A DNA stretch of 64,000 nucleotides from Nanobdellota archaeon (GTDB lineage: Archaea; Nanobdellota; Nanobdellia; Pacearchaeales; GW2011-AR1), in the NCBI GenBank assembly GCA_038046005.1, contig JBBSXB010000001.1:107213-171212 (forward strand). Reading direction: 5' to 3'. Below are positions 37,348-47,095 of the stretch, one piece after another. The translations under genes and the position numbers were made by a program. The notes beneath the pieces were generated by a model. It was not told the origin of the DNA. It searched no databases and saw only the letters and a list, made by a program, of their open reading frames with translations. How positions within the stretch are numbered: position 1 is the stretch's first letter; every line of letters starts with the position of its first letter.

Positions 37348-39351
37348 ATGAAAAGAGGGAGTAGATTATTTCTTGGTGTTGTAATTTTATTAGTAATTTT
37401 ATCATTATCTGTTGTTTCTGCGTCATGGTTTTCTGATGTGTGGGGAAAGATTACCGGGCAGCCTGTTAAAGTTGTAGATGATGGAAGCTTTGTTGGTTCA
37501 ACAGCATCAACACCGTCTTGCACTGATTCTGATGGTGGGTTGAATTATATTTTGAAAGGAACTGTTTATGGGCAGGATACAAATTCTACTAACTATATTA
37601 TAAATGATTCTTGTTCAGGCAACTCTGTGGTCGAATATTATTGTAATCAGAATACTTCAAGCTTTGCTGCTGTGACTTATGCCTGCACTAATTTAGGAGC
37701 AAATTATGTTTGTAGTAATGGGGCTTGTATAAATAGCAGTCAAACAAATACTACATCCTATTTTGACTTGGCAACGACGGCAATTACATTTTCAGATAAC
37801 ACTCCTGAAGTTGGACAATTAGTTATGATTACTAAAACGGTAAAAAATCTTGGAAATGTTAATGGGTACATTACAGGAGGATCTGCTTCAACATGTCTTC
37901 TTGGTGATTCTAGTGGTTGTGCTGGAGGAGGTTGGGGTAGTAAGAGTCCGGGCGAATTAATTTTGGCTGGAGGAATAAAGTACGATTATGAGAATTACAC
38001 ATTCAATAAAGCTGGTACATGGGAGTTAAAGAGAAGTTATAATGGGAAAGGCATTCATAACGAGACTGATATAAATTTGGCAAATAATTTTAAAACAGTT
38101 TATATTAATGTTTCTGCAAATTCAACCCACGTAACATGCGCTGATAGTGATGGTGGTTATAATTATAATATTCAAGGAACAGCAACTTATCAAGGACAAA
38201 CTTATAATGACTACTGTGTTCAGAATGGAACGTATGCTGGCTGGGTTTATGAGTATGCTTGCAATAGTGGGGCTTTGGGAACGGGGGTTTACAATTGCGC
38301 TTCTAGTGGTGGTGTTTGTAACAATGGGGCTTGTGTGAGTTCCAACAATACTTTCAGTTGGAATCCTTTCTATTTGACTTACATATCTTATCCTGGTTCC
38401 TCCATTTTAGATGTTATATGGTTAGGAGATATCCAAACCTATTTGAGCAGTAAAAACATCCCTTCTTTGATTGTCGACAGCAAAAATGTTACTAGACAAA
38501 AAATATGGAATACTACTTCCGTGATTTCTGTCAATAAGAGCACGATTGTTGTTTATCCTGGAAACTGGATGTCGATCTTGTATGCGGTAGAAGCCGGAAA
38601 TATTCAAACTTACCTTAAATCTTATGTTGATTCTCATTCAGGGTTTAGGACTTGTAATCAATTAATTAGTGCAGAAAGCTTAACAAGTGACAATTTCAAT
38701 GACGCTTTTAGCCTATGTTCTTCTTGGTATGGATTTTCTTCAACATGTACCGTAACTTCGTCAGACGTTAAAGAAGTCCCTGAAGGAACAACTAAATCAA
38801 TTTTAGGTCTTAATGTTTATGTTGCTTCTGCTGACGAAAATAATCTGGTTTTGCGTGCAATGATAAGTGTGAATGGGCAATATTTTAATCTGTCTACTGA
38901 TCCCTTAGGTTCTGATTTATCTTTTAAAATCATCTCTGTTGATGGTGGAATAAATTGGTATAGGATTGATCTGGTTTCAGCTTCAGATACAATGGCCACA
39001 ATTAAAGTTGGTTCTTGTGCTTCAAGTGATATGACTTTATCTTGTTCCGACTCCGACGGAGGATGGTATCCGTATGCAAGAGGAACAGCAACAGTGGGAA
39101 GCAACCCTGAATTAAGGTATACTGATTTTTGTTTGGCTAATGGTTCTAGTAACACTTTGCATGAATATTCGTGTTCCGCTGATAATATTCTGGCTGGTGG
39201 AGATTTTGCATGCCCATATGGGTGTTTAAATGGAGTATGCAAGACAAATCCTCAATCAAAATGCACTTTCTTCGGAAGGATCTTTAAATCTGCTGCATGT
39301 AAAGCTGCTGTTGCTGCAGAGAAAAGCACAGGGTCTGATCTGAATAATTAA
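37348..39351 (+). CDS. Secreted Cys-rich surface glycoprotein with CxDSDGG repeats and a CARDB-like domain
   Basis: Signal peptide, three CxDSDGG...EYxC...CxNGxC modules, many NxS/T sequons. Confidence 0.8.
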   Translation: MKRGSRLFLGVVILLVILSLSVVSASWFSDVWGKITGQPVKVVDDGSFVGSTASTPSCTDSDGGLNYILKGTVYGQDTNSTNYIINDSCSGNSVVEYYCNQNTSSFAAVTYACTNLGANYVCSNGACINSSQTNTTSYFDLATTAITFSDNTPEVGQLVMITKTVKNLGNVNGYITGGSASTCLLGDSSGCAGGGWGSKSPGELILAGGIKYDYENYTFNKAGTWELKRSYNGKGIHNETDINLANNFKTVYINVSANSTHVTCADSDGGYNYNIQGTATYQGQTYNDYCVQNGTYAGWVYEYACNSGALGTGVYNCASSGGVCNNGACVSSNNTFSWNPFYLTYISYPGSSILDVIWLGDIQTYLSSKNIPSLIVDSKNVTRQKIWNTTSVISVNKSTIVVYPGNWMSILYAVEAGNIQTYLKSYVDSHSGFRTCNQLISAESLTSDNFNDAFSLCSSWYGFSSTCTVTSSDVKEVPEGTTKSILGLNVYVASADENNLVLRAMISVNGQYFNLSTDPLGSDLSFKIISVDGGINWYRIDLVSASDTMATIKVGSCASSDMTLSCSDSDGGWYPYARGTATVGSNPELRYTDFCLANGSSNTLHEYSCSADNILAGGDFACPYGCLNGVCKTNPQSKCTFFGRIFKSAACKAAVAAEKSTGSDLNN

Positions 39352-39414
39352 AAATTAATTCTTAGACCTTACTTATTTTAAAGAATAATAAAAAATAAAA
39401 ATAAAAAAGCGTTT

Positions 39415-39561
39415 TTATTTGGCTGTGATTTTAAGTACACCAATTACAACAAACGCAAGCATCGTGAGCCAACCTCCTAATGTACCTACGCTAACTCCAA
39501 TTAAAGGGAGCAACATAAGGATACCGATAAGAAGGAATAGCCATCCGGTTATTTTGTGCAT
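39415..39561 (-). CDS. 48-aa two-helix membrane protein (not in ORF track)
   Basis: MHKITGWLFLLIGILMLLPLIGVSVGTLGGWLTMLAFVVIGVLKITAK; SD AAGGAGG; homologous to 16952..17119. Confidence 0.8.
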   Translation of the reverse strand: MHKITGWLFLLIGILMLLPLIGVSVGTLGGWLTMLAFVVIGVLKITAK

Positions 39562-39676
39562 TTTATCTCCTCCTTTCAACCTCTTGTTATAGTTATAGGG
39601 GAAACTCTATTTATATGCTTTTTGCTCTTTGGAAGTTAGGAGGTAATTTTTTAAATTATGATTATTAGAAAGTATT

Positions 39677-40474
39677 ATGTTTATTGTCAAAGTTCCTGGA
39701 GTTAATGGCGGAAAAGACTGCGAGAAGGCGGGAAACGCCATTATAGAGAAACTTTCTGCATTCGGAAGCAATGAGCAAGGCAAACTAATTGACAAGAATT
39801 TGTTAGATATAGAGGAAATTCATGTTAATAATAAAGATTTGGAACTAACTAATAAGTTAATTTATGAAAATGCTTTGGAAACTTTTGAGGCGAAGCCAAA
39901 ATCTATTTTTTTGGGTGGTGATCATTCTATAAGCTACTCTTTGGTCAGAGCTTTTCTGAATTATTGCAGAGATGAAAGCAAAGAGCCTTGTTTGATAGTT
40001 TTTGATTCAAATCCAAATTGCGAGGTACCAGATAATTTTCCCAACAATAGGCAATGGCTTAGAAAAGTTATAGAAGCTGGTTTTCCAAAAGAAAATGTAT
40101 TGCTTGTTGGGGTCAGGAATTCCGGAAGAGAGGAGCTAATCTTCTTAAAGGATAAAAAAATTAAAGTGATAGACACTAATAAACTCACTCTTGATATTGA
40201 GAATATCTGTGACACTATCATGGAATTTTCAAATAGAAAAGAGCTGTATCTTTCAATAGACATTAGTGTTATTGACCCTGCCTTTGCTCCGTCCACTTCT
40301 TTTAATGAGCCGGGAGGTTTAACAAGCAGGCAATTTATTTATCTAATCCAAAGACTGAATAAAGTTAATGGGCTTAGGGCTGTTGATATTGTCGAAATTA
40401 ACACTCAGAAGGATAAAACAAACGGCAATATTACAGCCAATCTTGGCGCTAAAATTTTAGGGGAGTTTTTATGA
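39677..40474 (+). CDS. Arginase/agmatinase-family protein with degenerate metal site
   Basis: LGGDHSIS, DPAFAP, EPGGL, DIVEIN; DAHxD is DSNPN and DxD is DIS. Confidence 0.85.
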   Translation: MFIVKVPGVNGGKDCEKAGNAIIEKLSAFGSNEQGKLIDKNLLDIEEIHVNNKDLELTNKLIYENALETFEAKPKSIFLGGDHSISYSLVRAFLNYCRDESKEPCLIVFDSNPNCEVPDNFPNNRQWLRKVIEAGFPKENVLLVGVRNSGREELIFLKDKKIKVIDTNKLTLDIENICDTIMEFSNRKELYLSIDISVIDPAFAPSTSFNEPGGLTSRQFIYLIQRLNKVNGLRAVDIVEINTQKDKTNGNITANLGAKILGEFL

Positions 40475-40995
40475 CGCGAACTTTCATATCAATAGATTTG
40501 CCTGAAAATGTTAAGAAGGAAGTGCAAAAAATTCAAAATCAATTACCGGAATTTTTTGGGAAGAAAATAGAACTGGGCAATTTGCATTTAACCCTTAAAT
40601 TTCTTGGTGAGATTGATGAAGAAAAAATCAAACTTGTGAAAGAGAAACTCAAAATAATAAACACTTCAAGTTTTGACTTAGAACTAGATGAAATTGGAGT
40701 TTTCTCCCCCCATCATATTAGAATAGTTTGGCTTCACATTAAAGGGGCTGACGAATTACAAAAAGTTGTTGACAGTGTTTTGGGAGAGATATTCAAACCA
40801 GAAGAAAGATTTATGGGACATCTGACTATTGCAAGAGTTAAGAATATTAAAAGTAAAAAAGAATTTTTGGAAAGCCTGAGAAAAATAGAAATACCGAGAA
40901 TAAAATTCAAAGCACATTGTTTTAGACTTATGAAGTCAGAATTAAGGCCAGATGGCCCAATTTACAGTGTTCTAGAAGAATATAAGTTGAAATAA
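40471..40995 (+). CDS. thpR: RNA 2',3'-cyclic phosphodiesterase (2H family)
   Basis: HLTLKFLGE and HLTIAR 2H motifs. Confidence 0.92.
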   Translation: MTRTFISIDLPENVKKEVQKIQNQLPEFFGKKIELGNLHLTLKFLGEIDEEKIKLVKEKLKIINTSSFDLELDEIGVFSPHHIRIVWLHIKGADELQKVVDSVLGEIFKPEERFMGHLTIARVKNIKSKKEFLESLRKIEIPRIKFKAHCFRLMKSELRPDGPIYSVLEEYKLK

Positions 40996-41096
40996 AAAAT
41001 AATAAAGCATTTTGTCTTTTATATGATTGTTGAATTCTAAAATATATATTGCAGTATATAGCTTATTATAAACATAAAAAGTTTTTCTTTATTTTA

Positions 41097-41345
41097 ATGG
41101 ATGAAGAAAGAGACAAACCTGGTGGAATGGAATGCAAGGTTATCAAGATTGATGATACTAGTGCAGTTGTTTTTGCTGGCATTGATTCAATTTTTTTCTC
41201 CCAGTGGTATGCCCAATTACAAACCTTTAGAAATTATGGCGGATTTCAATCGCACATTCATCCAGAAGTAGAAAAAATAGTGCGGTCAGGATTTAACATT
41301 AACAAATATTATCTTAACAGTAACGATGTTTGGACAGCTTCCTAG
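41097..41345 (+). CDS. Hypothetical protein
   Basis: Open frame in an intergenic gap; no recognised motif. Confidence 0.4.
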   Translation: MDEERDKPGGMECKVIKIDDTSAVVFAGIDSIFFSQWYAQLQTFRNYGGFQSHIHPEVEKIVRSGFNINKYYLNSNDVWTAS

Positions 41346-42019
41346 TAATTATCATTAATTATTCTGAAAATTTCCGCCTTTTTTCCAATAATCTCTTGAA
41401 GCTCTTCTAATGGAGAATTAAAAATTTCGTGCAGTGTTTTGTATTTTTCAAGAAGTTTTTTTGCTGTTTTTGGGCCAATGCCCGGAAAACCTTCAAGAAT
41501 AAACTGCATTTGCTCTTTTTTATTCAGAGATTTCTTTTTTACATTTAGAGACATTTCTGATTCTTTCTTTTTTGCAAGCAAGAAAATAAATTTGGCAGTG
41601 TCTTCAGAATTTTTTGAAAAGATTATTGGGACTTTGTGTTTTAAAACTATTGAAAGCAAAAAACCTCTTATGGCATTTCCATTTATTCCTTCAGCGTCGT
41701 CATTGTAAAGTTCTTTTTCGTCCATTCCTTCTATTATCAGAAGTCTATTGGGATATTGTCCTAGCTCTTCTAATTGTTTTAATAATCTTTTGTTTATCAT
41801 TGAAGAAATAAAATCCGAAACTGTCTTTCTTTCAATAGCGACGTTATTAACAATATAGTCTGCAACTTTTAATTCTTTAACTTCAACATCTATCCCTAAA
41901 GAAATTAGTTCGGATATAACCAGCGAGTTTTTCTCTCTATAATCTGCAATTATTTTTAATTGCTCTTTTATTATTTTTTCTGGCCTTTTGGAAAAAATAT
42001 CCAAGAATTTTGGGGTCAT
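41342..42019 (-). CDS. ERCC4/XPF nuclease with HhH domain (Hef nuclease half)
   Basis: ADYRE, ADY, IERKT..DF, GFPGIGPK. Confidence 0.92.
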   Translation of the reverse strand: MTPKFLDIFSKRPEKIIKEQLKIIADYREKNSLVISELISLGIDVEVKELKVADYIVNNVAIERKTVSDFISSMINKRLLKQLEELGQYPNRLLIIEGMDEKELYNDDAEGINGNAIRGFLLSIVLKHKVPIIFSKNSEDTAKFIFLLAKKKESEMSLNVKKKSLNKKEQMQFILEGFPGIGPKTAKKLLEKYKTLHEIFNSPLEELQEIIGKKAEIFRIINDNY

Positions 42020-42546
42020 TTTAAAAATTTCAGCAATTTATCTGCTGTTTCATTTATTGACAAGTTGGTTGTATTTATCTCTATATCATACTGTGATTTG
42101 TCTAAAAAATTAATTTTGTAGTACTTTTTAAATTGGGCATATGTCTCGTTTAATCTATTCTTTAACAATTTTTGCATCTCTTCTATTGTTTTGCAATAAG
42201 GCTCATCTTTCCTCTGGTCATTAAAAATTCTTTCTGCCCCAATTTTTTCACTAACTTCTAAAAAAATCTTTTTTGAATTTTGGATAAAGTGGTAGGCTAT
42301 CCATCCTTCAATTATAAAATTATCTTTTGTTTTTCCAATCTCAATAGTCTTTTTATCTGCTTCTTTATGGGCCCAACTTTCCCTTTCACCAATTTTGTTC
42401 AATTCATCAATTGTAAGCCCCTTTTCCGTCGCTATCTCTCCTCTCAACTCGCCTATAGAAATAAATTTGTAGCCAAGTCTTTTTGCCAGCTCTTTTCCAA
42501 CACTTGTTTTTCCCGCCCCCTGTTTTCCAGAAATCGTTATTATCAT
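42016..42546 (-). CDS. cmk: Cytidylate kinase (archaeal type)
   Basis: ITISGKQGAGKT P-loop, YDIEINT. Confidence 0.85.
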   Translation of the reverse strand: MIITISGKQGAGKTSVGKELAKRLGYKFISIGELRGEIATEKGLTIDELNKIGERESWAHKEADKKTIEIGKTKDNFIIEGWIAYHFIQNSKKIFLEVSEKIGAERIFNDQRKDEPYCKTIEEMQKLLKNRLNETYAQFKKYYKINFLDKSQYDIEINTTNLSINETADKLLKFLK

Positions 42547-44093
42547 AATGTTTTTTGTTCTTCTTGTTTATTTTTTAATCCTAAAGATTCTTTTATGCTG
42601 CTTATCGCTGCGTGCATTTCTCTCTCTTTTGATCTTGAAACATAATAAAATGCCTCGTCCCTTGTCCCTTTTGTTATGAGTATTATAAGTTTTCCTTTTA
42701 TTAACCTGGCTGTTCTTCCTGCTCTTTGAATTGATCTTATCGCCGAAGGTACTGGCTCGTAAAAAATCACCCCATTAACTTCCGGGATGTCCAATCCTTC
42801 TTCTCCGATAGATGTTGCGCATAAAATATTTACCTCGCCCCTTTCAAATTCAGATATTATTCTTTTTTGATCTTTTTGACTTAATCCAGAGCCTGACTTT
42901 TTTGCTTGCCCGACGAAAACCCTTGCCCTTATTCCATGAATCTTGTTTAGGCCATTTGTTATCTCCAAAGCGGTGTCTCTAAATTGTGCAAAAACAATCA
43001 TCTTGAAATTTTCGTTTGATTTTTGTTCACTTGTGATAATATCCCGTAATATCTTCATTTTAGGATGCTCAAAATCTTTGGCTAGAAGTTCATTCACCTT
43101 TGAATAAACAAAATTGAATTCCTGCTTTGAGACGAGTTTAACTACTCCTTTGCTTTGTTTTTTTGCGGCTTGCTCGAATAACGCCTTTAGATATTTATTC
43201 AGACTTGGAAGAGTCTGGGTTTCTAATAATTCTAAAGCATGCTGTAACTTGATTGCTTGGGCACATGCACTTGCTCCCAACAAATATTGGAAGTTTTTAT
43301 TGCCTCTGGCTATTGTGGCAAAAATTTTCTTTTGCAGATTAATGAGCCCTATTTTTGTTGCCGGGCCAAACAAGACTTTTCTGAGCCTTAATTCTTCCAC
43401 ATACTCTTCATAAATTTTCTTTAAAACATGTCTTAATTCTTGCAGTTCTGTGGGAAAGTCTATTAAGACTTTTTCGAATTTTAGCTCTTGGAGGTATATT
43501 CTTACATCTTCACTTTCTCTTGTCCTTAATTCTACAGCTTCTATGGCGAGGTTTTTGCATATATCTCTTATCTTTTGAGCCTCTGATCCTGGGGAGGCTG
43601 TTAATCCTATTATTCTTGGATGTTTTGCTTCTTCTATGTATCTCTTTGCTATGAAATTATAGTCATAATTTCTTATGCATCTATGTGCCTCGTCTTCAAC
43701 GAGAAGGCAAACTTCCTTTAAATTATACAATTCATTTTTTAAATCATTTGCAATGCATTGTGGCGTTGAGAAAATTATATTGGCATTTTCCCAAATTTTT
43801 CTTCTTAAATTAGGCTCTACAGATCCTGTGAAAAGCTGGAGTTCTGCAAAAAGTTCTGTAAGATGTTTTCTAAAATAATTTAAGTGCTGTTCTGCAAGAG
43901 GTTTTGTGGGAGCTAAGAAAACTATTTTTTCTTCAGGGAATTTTTGTAACCTTTCTACTACCAACATCAGCGCTATAAGTGTCTTACCCAGTCCTGTTGG
44001 GAGAACCACAAGGCAATTTTTTTCGGAGCAAGTTTGATATATAGATTTTTGATATTCTCTTGGTTCTATTCCCACAAGAAATTTTGTTGGCAT
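42543..44093 (-). CDS. Hef/FANCM-like DEAH helicase lacking the nuclease domain
   Basis: PREYQ, LPTGLGKT, DEAHR, LTASPG, EEGLDIP, QRAGRT. Confidence 0.93.
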   Translation of the reverse strand: MPTKFLVGIEPREYQKSIYQTCSEKNCLVVLPTGLGKTLIALMLVVERLQKFPEEKIVFLAPTKPLAEQHLNYFRKHLTELFAELQLFTGSVEPNLRRKIWENANIIFSTPQCIANDLKNELYNLKEVCLLVEDEAHRCIRNYDYNFIAKRYIEEAKHPRIIGLTASPGSEAQKIRDICKNLAIEAVELRTRESEDVRIYLQELKFEKVLIDFPTELQELRHVLKKIYEEYVEELRLRKVLFGPATKIGLINLQKKIFATIARGNKNFQYLLGASACAQAIKLQHALELLETQTLPSLNKYLKALFEQAAKKQSKGVVKLVSKQEFNFVYSKVNELLAKDFEHPKMKILRDIITSEQKSNENFKMIVFAQFRDTALEITNGLNKIHGIRARVFVGQAKKSGSGLSQKDQKRIISEFERGEVNILCATSIGEEGLDIPEVNGVIFYEPVPSAIRSIQRAGRTARLIKGKLIILITKGTRDEAFYYVSRSKEREMHAAISSIKESLGLKNKQEEQKTL

Positions 44094-44124
44094 TTCTCAG
44101 AAAAATTGTTATAGTATAAATAGA

Positions 44125-44352
44125 TTATTCTTTCCTAACTATTGCATAAATTATCAAAATTGTCGAACAAACAACTAGAAGCAATCCGATTACTGAAACA
44201 AGATCGAATGGCGTCGAGCCGTTTGAAACATAATTTCCAGTAACTTTCCCTGTAAGATAGCTTTCATTTAAGAAATAAAACCCTCCTAAAAGGGCTAAAA
44301 CTCCAAATGCTGCCACAACGCTTCTTTTCTCAAAAAAACTTTTGTTTGTCAT
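44125..44352 (-). CDS. Small two-TM membrane protein
   Basis: Two hydrophobic helices separated by LTGKVTGNYV. Confidence 0.65.
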   Translation of the reverse strand: MTNKSFFEKRSVVAAFGVLALLGGFYFLNESYLTGKVTGNYVSNGSTPFDLVSVIGLLLVVCSTILIIYAIVRKE

Positions 44353-44353
44353 G

Positions 44354-44980
44354 TTATATCAGTAAAAAAGCATATCCTAATCCTATTAAAGTCAGAATTG
44401 CTAAGAAACTCCAGAGCACAATGCTCCCGAAGAATATCTTATTTCCGTCAAGGTCTGAGATTGGAAGCATATTGAAGAAAGCATAGAATATGCTTATTCT
44501 TGCAAAGCTTTCAAAGCCTAGAAGATATCCAACTAGAGCGAAAAATAAGGTAGCAAAAATTCCTGCTGCGGCGATTATTCCTATGTGCCCTTCAGTCATT
44601 TCAGAGAAAGCATAGATTCCCCATCTTTTGGCTGTTCTTGAAACATTTGCCTTTACCTCAAAGATTAGGGAAGCGAGCCAGTAGACTTTTCCAACGGTTA
44701 TGAACACTATAAGCAAGGGGAAGATGATTCCTGCTGGAATTGGTTTTCTGAACATTTGGGGGGGTTTAAACCCATATCTGCTTATTTCCCAGAGCTTAAT
44801 GTCTATTCTGGAGTCAAGAATGAAAGCGGTTATTTTTTTAACTAAACTGTTTATCAAAATTATCACAAAAACTATAAGAAGAACGGTGAAAAAAGATTTC
44901 AGCGACGTTAATAGTGTAATTGTAAATGCTAAAACTACAGATGCCAACACCACAAAACTGATTTCTTTTACATTCATCAT
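44354..44980 (-). CDS. M50 peptidase-like membrane protein lacking HExxH
   Basis: AFFNMLPISDLDG..IF motif and IAAAG; no HExxH. Confidence 0.65.
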   Translation of the reverse strand: MMNVKEISFVVLASVVLAFTITLLTSLKSFFTVLLIVFVIILINSLVKKITAFILDSRIDIKLWEISRYGFKPPQMFRKPIPAGIIFPLLIVFITVGKVYWLASLIFEVKANVSRTAKRWGIYAFSEMTEGHIGIIAAAGIFATLFFALVGYLLGFESFARISIFYAFFNMLPISDLDGNKIFFGSIVLWSFLAILTLIGLGYAFLLI

Positions 44981-45076
44981 TATAAAGCTAGTTTTTAGTT
45001 TTTTATAAATTTTGTTATTGAATATCTTATAATGCATTACGGAAAAGTATTTAAATAAATAAATAGTGAATTTTAT

Positions 45077-45358
45077 ATGCGATTAAGAAAAATAAGTGAA
45101 GTTATAGGACTTAAGGTGTTTACAGATTCTGGTGAATACTTTGGAGAGGTCGAAGAAGCCAATCTTCTTGAAAACAAGATCGATGGTTGGAGGATAAGAG
45201 TTGGTGGATCTGTTACTTCTTTGATTGGTGGCGCAAGAGGAGTTATAATTCCTCACCATTTCGTCAAAGCTATAAGTGATGTTTTCATTATAAGCAAAAC
45301 CGCTCTTCCAAACCCCATAGAATCTGAAATGGATGAAGTTCCTGAAGAAATGCTTTAA
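45077..45358 (+). CDS. PRC-barrel protein (CdpB-like)
   Basis: GLKVFTDSGEYFGEV...IIPHHFVKAISDVFII. Confidence 0.88.
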   Translation: MRLRKISEVIGLKVFTDSGEYFGEVEEANLLENKIDGWRIRVGGSVTSLIGGARGVIIPHHFVKAISDVFIISKTALPNPIESEMDEVPEEML

Positions 45359-45432
45359 CAAAGAGAGGTATTTGCTAAAAGCTTAGTATATTTGAAAAGA
45401 TATAAATAGTGAGCCTACATTTTTTAAACATA

Positions 45433-45930
45433 ATGGCAGACAATATTTTACAGAGTCCTGTTCTTACGAATTTTATATATCCATTTTTGCTGATATTTTT
45501 CATAGCTTTTGCCATACTCGAGAAGACAAAAATTTTCGGAAGTGATAAAAAACAAGTTAATGCATTTACTTCTTTAGTTATTGGGTTGATTTTTGTTGGG
45601 GCTATTTTTCCAAAATACATAGTAACTAATTTAGTTCTATTTTTGTCTGTTGGATTGGTCATAGTATTTGTTGTTCTTCTACTCTGGGGATTTATAACGG
45701 GTGGTGAGGCTAAATTTGAAGGAAAAGGCATAAAGATTGGTGCAGGAATAGTTGTTATTCTTGCTGTTGTTATTGCTCTGTTTTTGATTACTGGAATATG
45801 GGATGACGTCATCAATACTTTATTCAAACAAAGCTGGAGCAGTGATGTTTGGAGCAATATAATACTCGTAGTTTTGATAGCTGCAGCGTTAGCTATTGTT
45901 TTATCTAGCAGCAAGAGTGGTGAGAAGTAA
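45433..45930 (+). CDS. Multi-TM membrane protein, paralog of 46443..47009
   Basis: YPFLLIFFIAFAILEKTKIF...VNAFTSLVIGL. Confidence 0.75.
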   Translation: MADNILQSPVLTNFIYPFLLIFFIAFAILEKTKIFGSDKKQVNAFTSLVIGLIFVGAIFPKYIVTNLVLFLSVGLVIVFVVLLLWGFITGGEAKFEGKGIKIGAGIVVILAVVIALFLITGIWDDVINTLFKQSWSSDVWSNIILVVLIAAALAIVLSSSKSGEK

Positions 45931-45996
45931 TTTTGGATTAGATTTGGATAGTTTATAGAAATAAGTGATTGGATTTGATGGGATATTTATCTTTAA

Positions 45997-46320
45997 CTAA
46001 ACTTCAATTTCAATATTCCAATCCATAGGGATAAGAGTTAGGTTTATTTTATGGTCAAAAAGCTTTTTCTTTTTCCAATTTTGCAATTCGGTTTTTATTT
46101 CTTTTATTAATTTGTCACGGTTTTCTATTTTATGCGCACTCATTCGAATAAAAATTTCAATTGGTGCAATCTTTACCTTAATTTTAGATGAATTTGCATA
46201 AACAAAAACATCATTAATATTGGTAGATTTTGAAACAATCTTTTGTATAGCTTCTGAGAGCGATAATATTTCCTGTTCCTCTAGTCTTTCATCGTTATAC
46301 TCAATATTGATCATTGGCAT
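45997..46320 (-). CDS. Tautomerase/MIF-fold-like protein
   Basis: N-terminal Pro (MPMINIEY), beta-alpha-beta pattern. Confidence 0.55.
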   Translation of the reverse strand: MPMINIEYNDERLEEQEILSLSEAIQKIVSKSTNINDVFVYANSSKIKVKIAPIEIFIRMSAHKIENRDKLIKEIKTELQNWKKKKLFDHKINLTLIPMDWNIEIEV

Positions 46321-46442
46321 TCTTTATTTTATGAACCCTAATTTATAAAAGAATCGGAACTTTTCAATTCGTTAAAAGCTCACTTTATTCATCTTGGTTC
46401 ACACATAGAAACATATTTAAAATAATTTTGTTTAGTAACGGC

Positions 46443-47009
46443 ATGATAGAGGTGGGTTTTTTAGCATGGAGTGGTTTCTATGGCGGGACTATTGGAAACT
46501 TACTGCTTCAATGGGAGCAATTTGGAATTTTTAGTTATCTTATTCCATTCTTAATGATTTTCGCACTTGTATTTGGAATACTAAATCAGATGAAGCTTTT
46601 CCAAGAGAATAAAGCAATCAATTCTATTCTTGCTTTGGCTGTGGGATTAATGTCTTTGCAGTTTGATTTCGTGCCGAGATTTTTTTCAGAAGTGTTTCCT
46701 AGGGTCGGAGTTGGATTAGCAATAATACTTGTTATAATAATACTTGCTGGGTTATTTATAGATCCTTCAAAACCTGGGATTGGTTGGACGCTTTTGGCTG
46801 TGGGGGCTGTAATAATTATTGTCGTGTTAATTAATACATCTACATCTTTAGGATGGAACATTGGATCTGGCTGGTTGCAACAGAATTGGGATGTCATACT
46901 TGGGCTTATCATATTCTTGGTCTTGATTGGGGTAATTGTTGGTTCTAGCAAGCCTAGGAGTGACATGAAACCATATGCCCCAGTAATGTTCAGGCACTAT
47001 AGTCATTAA
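46443..47009 (+). CDS. Multi-TM membrane protein
   Basis: IPFLMIFALVFGILNQMKLF...INSILALAVGL. Confidence 0.75.
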   Translation: MIEVGFLAWSGFYGGTIGNLLLQWEQFGIFSYLIPFLMIFALVFGILNQMKLFQENKAINSILALAVGLMSLQFDFVPRFFSEVFPRVGVGLAIILVIIILAGLFIDPSKPGIGWTLLAVGAVIIIVVLINTSTSLGWNIGSGWLQQNWDVILGLIIFLVLIGVIVGSSKPRSDMKPYAPVMFRHYSH

Positions 47010-47095
47010 GGTTGGTTTTTGTAAGAAATTTTTTTGATGTTTATGTTTTACGCAATTTGACAATATAGATGAAGGTTTATACTTAGTAATGTCAA

